NCBI GenBank assembly: GCA_043800725.1
Contig: JAZDMR010000011.1
Location: forward strand, 21,369-85,368
DNA length: 64,000 bases
Origin: a bacterium
GTDB lineage: Bacteria > Patescibacteriota > Patescibacteriia > HK-STAS-PATE-3
Direction of reading: 5' to 3'
Shown here: positions 60,254-64,000 of the stretch, one piece after another
Position numbering within the stretch: the first letter of the stretch is position 1
Layout: every line of letters starts with the position of its first letter
The notes under the pieces: generated by a model
The model's input: only the letters and a program-made list of their open reading frames with translations
Databases searched by the model: none
Told to the model about the DNA's origin: nothing
Program-made: the position numbers and the translations under genes

Positions 60254-60442
60254 TGAGAATTACGGAACTTTGACAATTATCTCCTTAAGTCGTTCTCATT
60301 AAATCATTGTAAACTCTCTTGATTCTTGTCGAATAAGTATAGAGTCGGAGAACGATTTTAGGAGGGCCCTGATTAAAGAATCGGGGCTATCAATTTGCTT
60401 GTTAGTGGATATAAAAACAAATTTAACATTGAGGAGGGGCTT

Positions 60443-60652
60443 ATGTCTTGGAAAAATGTTGGTATTTGGTTGGTAAAAGTCATCGCAGCCTTATGGATTG
60501 GGGCACTTATAATGTTTCTTTTCATCTTTCCGGATCTGCCGGATGATTGTTATCCGGTGTACCTATCCTTTTACTGGCCTTGGTTGGCGATATTCGCTGT
60601 GGTAACTGCATTCTTGCCCTGGCGGCGAATAGCACGGTTAGTATTGAGATAG
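60443..60652 (+). CDS. Small 2-TM hypothetical protein (array ORF 1)
   Basis: SD GAGGAGG; two hydrophobic helices. Confidence 0.7.
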   Translation: MSWKNVGIWLVKVIAALWIGALIMFLFIFPDLPDDCYPVYLSFYWPWLAIFAVVTAFLPWRRIARLVLR

Positions 60653-60732
60653 TTGTACATCAATGGCGAATGAGGCGCCATAAGTTACTTCGGTAACACT
60701 TCTCACTTGCCATGAACCTCTATAGTTCGTGG

Positions 60733-60778
60733 CTTCCCCCGAGTTTCCCTTTAATCAAGAAGGGGTGCTCAGGGGAGG
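60733..60778 (+). repeat. Array hairpin module A
   Basis: CTTCCCCCGAG...CTCAGGGGAGG; 45/46 identical to module B. Confidence 0.9.
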
Positions 60779-60882
60779 ATCAAGTACTGTTCTTTGCATT
60801 TTCCTCCACCTCCTTATGAAAGGCCGCTTAGGCATTATTATCTCAAAAAGTTTGAGATTCCAAAAAAAGTAAGGAGGAGAAA

Positions 60883-61419
60883 ATGTCTACATTTGTGTAT
60901 TGTCCGACTACTGGAGACCGTGTCTTCGCACAAAAGGACACGGAAGGAATAGTTGTTGTAAAATGGCAAAATGAATGCCGCCATGTGGTTGGTGGGGTCC
61001 ATTTTTACTTTAGTGCGGCTGAGCCAAAGAAACATTGGCGGAGTCGCGCGAAAGTTCTCGCCACGGCAATTATCAAAAACGCCTGTGGCATTGCTTGGGA
61101 TGAGTGTGGAGAAGTACACCTGATCGTTCCTCACTCGAAAGCCTGGGCAACCTTCGAAATTATGGGTGCCGCATCCCCTGACGGCAACCCTGACCATAAC
61201 AAGGTCGCCATGATTCATAATGGGGTGGCCTGGCCATTGTTCGGCGATGCTGGACAGTGGGAGGTCATCAGGGAACTCCGACCTTCTGAGGATGGAGTTG
61301 CTCTTTGGAAAAGGGAGGGCAATAGGGTAGAAGTTACCCTATCCGATTCTGAGGAGGCCGTGTACGCGGCAAATTGGCACATCGCTGAAGTTAGCGGTGG
61401 TGCGGAGGAAATAGCATAG
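60883..61419 (+). CDS. Hypothetical protein (array ORF 2)
   Basis: SD AAGGAGG; 178-aa soluble ORF. Confidence 0.75.
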   Translation: MSTFVYCPTTGDRVFAQKDTEGIVVVKWQNECRHVVGGVHFYFSAAEPKKHWRSRAKVLATAIIKNACGIAWDECGEVHLIVPHSKAWATFEIMGAASPDGNPDHNKVAMIHNGVAWPLFGDAGQWEVIRELRPSEDGVALWKREGNRVEVTLSDSEEAVYAANWHIAEVSGGAEEIA

Positions 61420-61465
61420 TAACTCGGGGAGCGTGAAATATTTAAATCAGTATTCACGTTCCCCA

Positions 61466-61511
61466 CTTCCCCCGAGTTTCCCTTTAATCAAGAAGGGGTG
61501 CTCAGGGGAAG
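61466..61511 (+). repeat. Array hairpin module B
   Basis: CTTCCCCCGAGTTTCCCTTTAATCAAGAAGGGGTGCTCAGGGGAAG. Confidence 0.9.
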
Positions 61512-61569
61512 TGCGCACCTTTAAACTTTACGGCGACTGGCTGTCGATGAAGCCAAATGAGGAGGTGGT

Positions 61570-61785
61570 ATGATGTTTCCCTTTGATATGAGTGGGGTTT
61601 TTTTGATGATAGCAGCATTCGCCATGGTAATGGTAGGAGTTGTTCCTAATAAGGGCAGACCCACTGTGAGTCTTAAGGGAACGGTAATAATTATTATTGC
61701 CTGTCTGCTCTGCGCTCTCATTATGTTGGAGATGTTTGGGGTGATTGACTTACTTCCAAAGGGCTTCTCGTCAGACCCTTGGTAA
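61570..61785 (+). CDS. Small 2-TM hypothetical protein (array ORF 3)
   Basis: SD GAGGAGGT; two TM helices. Confidence 0.7.
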   Translation: MMFPFDMSGVFLMIAAFAMVMVGVVPNKGRPTVSLKGTVIIIIACLLCALIMLEMFGVIDLLPKGFSSDPW

Positions 61786-61856
61786 ATAAAAAACCTAAAC
61801 AAGTCAGCACCATCGCTCTTTATTTAAAGATCCTTATAGTCGCGTGACTATAGGAT

Positions 61857-61902
61857 CTTCCCCTAAGTACCCCTTTGAATAAGAACGAGTGTTTGGGGGA
61901 AG
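61857..61902. repeat. Array hairpin module C (resembles an inverted copy)
   Basis: CTTCCCCTAAGTACCCCTT...TTTGGGGGAAG, 46 nt. Confidence 0.75.
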
Positions 61903-62243
61903 TTCATTCAACAGTTCGGGGCAGGGATGCTTAAACGGAAGGGATTTCCGGCCTTTAACGAGGTAAGCGTTAAGTCCTAGTGACTGCAGGGGTTCTCCGC
62001 CTCCATATTTCTCAGAAATATTTCGGCGGATCCACCGTAGCAATACTGAGTTTTGCGGAGGCGGAGACTCCTCGCCGTCCTTGCCCTCGATTTCCCAGCA
62101 CCTGGACGCGATTGAAGGGTGCTGGAAGGGCCGCTATCGTAGGGATAGTTGGTTATAAGCCCTGAACTTTCTCGTTTTAAAATGCGAGATTGATTCAGGG
62201 CTTGTCCGTTACTCGTTTAGTATTATAACTATCGAGTAACGGA

Positions 62244-62288
62244 CCTTTTCCCGAGTTCCGAATTCTAATTTCGGGATTCAGAAGAAGG
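62244..62288 (+). repeat. Array hairpin module D (divergent)
   Basis: CCTTTTCCCGAG...TTCAGAAGAAGG retains the C.A mismatch. Confidence 0.65.
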
Positions 62289-62339
62289 AATGCCCTTTTA
62301 AACCAGGTGTAAAAAAACCGCTCAAGAGAAGGAGACGTC

Positions 62340-62618
62340 ATGACTTTGGAGGATGATTATATGAGGAATAAACTCATACAGTGGAAAAAAGAGTTCATCC
62401 AAGCTGGGGCCATGTGTTTTGGCGGGATGTCTATTTTTCCTGCCATTATTGCAGACTTAATTGCTGTAGTCATAGCAGTTTTGGTCTGGACTTGTTCTTC
62501 GGATAGGATCTTTCCTGTATGGGGTAAGTTTTCCCTGTGCAAGTTGGTGACCAATGCGATGGACCAATACGGGCCTCAATCGCAACCAATCACTATTGAT
62601 AAAGGGGGTGGATTATGA
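62340..62618 (+). CDS. Small membrane hypothetical protein (array ORF 4)
   Basis: SD AAGGAG; TM segment. Confidence 0.6.
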   Translation: MTLEDDYMRNKLIQWKKEFIQAGAMCFGGMSIFPAIIADLIAVVIAVLVWTCSSDRIFPVWGKFSLCKLVTNAMDQYGPQSQPITIDKGGGL

Positions 62619-62836
62619 AATCGAAAGAGCAGCCCGCCCCACTCACGGAGAGACACATCCCGTGGCTAATAGCACTGGTGACCCTTGGATTGGTCGAAAG
62701 TGTGATAGCTTTTTTTGGGGTTTTTGTCTACGTATTTTGGGGTTCGTTTCCTCGATGGAGCCAGTGGCCCGCTACGTTCCGAATCCTCAAAAAAGGTTTT
62801 GGGATAAGTCGTGAGAATGAGGAGGAGGTTTCATGA
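62615..62836 (+). CDS. Small TM hypothetical protein (array ORF 5)
   Basis: ATGA overlaps at both ends; TM helix. Confidence 0.6.
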   Translation: MKSKEQPAPLTERHIPWLIALVTLGLVESVIAFFGVFVYVFWGSFPRWSQWPATFRILKKGFGISRENEEEVS

Positions 62837-63114
62837 GCAAGCTAAATCTGGTTTGTGTGGCAGTGGTACTTTTCTTGATTGTCGGCTCAACAAATGCCAA
62901 CGCTGGCATTCACATCCAGCGGAATGTGTCGGATATTGTCGAAGCAGGCGCGTTGTGGCTTCCGATTGATTCCTGTCGCGAAGGAATGGTCACGACTGTG
63001 ACCATTATAAACGACACCGACGAGATGTTCGAAGTCGTAGCCCTGGAGAGCAACACACATCAATCCGAGGTGATGAGCAACCAGGGCGAGACAGCCAAAA
63101 AATTACCATTTTAA
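62833..63114 (+). CDS. Small secreted hypothetical protein (array ORF 6; possibly truncated)
   Basis: SD GAGGAGGAGG; signal peptide ending ANA. Confidence 0.6.
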   Translation: MSKLNLVCVAVVLFLIVGSTNANAGIHIQRNVSDIVEAGALWLPIDSCREGMVTTVTIINDTDEMFEVVALESNTHQSEVMSNQGETAKKLPF

Positions 63115-63405
63115 TTAGATGGTTCAATGCTCAGCGCCGGTACGAGGTTTGCGTTGGCTCCGAGCAATGGCCCTGTGTTGTAGGGTCGTTTGAGTATGCC
63201 AGACCGTAGTATTTTTTGGGAAACGAGAGAAGGATAGGATGTGGAACGGAGGTTCAATGTGAGGCAGCTGAACTAGGCCCGCAAGAAAAAAAGCGCATGG
63301 TTGGCGTAACCATGGACGCACAGGGGCCCATAATAAAAATACTGTGTTTTAAAAAATACGCACCCCGGGAGGAGACTCGAGCTTAAGGCTCATATTGTCT
63401 CCTCC

Positions 63406-63488
63406 CTTCCCCCGAGCTAATTAGCTTCTCAAGTCTCCACGGATCTGAGTCCGAGGATTCCTTCGAAGACTAATTAATTCAGGGGAAG
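63406..63488 (+). repeat. Array hairpin module E (expanded apex)
   Basis: CTTCCCCCGAG-CTAATTAG...CTAATTAA-TTCAGGGGAAG. Confidence 0.85.
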
Positions 63489-63559
63489 TATGTTCTTTAA
63501 GTTATGAATCGCAAAAAGTCGGTGTGCTTTTAAAAAGAAACGAGAGAGGAGGAAAGGAT

Positions 63560-63982
63560 ATGGAAGCCGCACTTTTTATCCTAGCAATGATGGTGATGGT
63601 GCTGAAGGTTCTTGGTGGGATCGTTATCCCTGCTATTCTGATCTGTTGCTTGGGTGCATTACTTGGTCGGCTGATTCGGGTCCATAACAGCTTCTGGTTG
63701 AAACTATGGTTCATACCAGTTTTGGCGTTCAGTGCATTCATGTGTTGTTCGCACAGCCTGGGACTCATCTCCGACGGAAAGCAGATCGTGAGCTTGACCC
63801 TATTTGGATCGACCGCGTTGCTTTGGACCAGCTTCTTGTCAGTCTGGTTCAATTTACGTCTATTTCGCTGGATACCGGATACAGTCAGTTTCCAAGCACT
63901 GTTTTTAGGGAGTAGGATTCTGTCCCGGATGCCGGTTTCTGCGCAGCGGAAAGTGCTCCAGATCGCTGGAATACGTGGATGA
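63560..63982 (+). CDS. Multi-TM hypothetical protein (array ORF 7)
   Basis: SD GAGGAGG/AAGGA; 3-4 TM helices. Confidence 0.7.
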   Translation: MEAALFILAMMVMVLKVLGGIVIPAILICCLGALLGRLIRVHNSFWLKLWFIPVLAFSAFMCCSHSLGLISDGKQIVSLTLFGSTALLWTSFLSVWFNLRLFRWIPDTVSFQALFLGSRILSRMPVSAQRKVLQIAGIRG

Positions 63983-64000
63983 TCTTGTTTTCGCGGATAT

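Noticed and set aside
60733-63488. CRISPR array
   Set aside because: Repeats are separated by hundreds of nt containing genes rather than 25-45-nt spacers; no cas genes in the window.
60733-63488. Classical integron attC sites
   Set aside because: No RYYYAAC...GTTRRRY ends and no intI in the window; kept only as an analogy.

Overview
A 64 kb bacterial chromosomal window using genetic code 11. The gene set and style (giant pilin-domain surface protein, Asn/Thr-rich TSP3 proteins, orphan PEP-mobile-domain protein, split comEC, many palindromic intergenic repeats) point to a Patescibacteria/CPR genome; this is inference. Housekeeping genes include the 5' end of topA, dprA, mfd, pth, der, an LCP protein, lepB, hisS, HIT, rpsU, yqeY, ybeY, dgkA, ftsA, ftsZ, nrdR-nrdJ-cobO with a cobalamin riboswitch and a putative B12-uptake pair, htrA, prfB (programmed +1 frameshift) and comEC. 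The least explained parts are non-coding. (1) A tRNA cluster at 7.2-7.9 kb: tRNA-His(GUG) and tRNA-Lys(UUU) carry 53- and 46-nt double-hairpin insertions at the same T-loop position, next to a tRNA-like gene with a 17-nt anticodon loop and two copies of a ~79-nt structured element. (2) From 59.3 kb to the window end: a promoter-driven, ~1.1 kb hairpin-dense leader containing a duplicated ~140-nt structured RNA, then an array of small orphan ORFs punctuated by five copies of a 'variable hairpin + CTTCCCCCGAG...CTCAGGGGAAG hairpin + boxA-like' module. Also present: a divergent PncB-like gene with two OPRT-like genes, five stand-alone promoter-ORF-terminator cassettes, a RAYT transposase with REP-like repeats, a truncated IS and two disrupted genes. 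All calls come from reading the sequence by eye; no searches were run.
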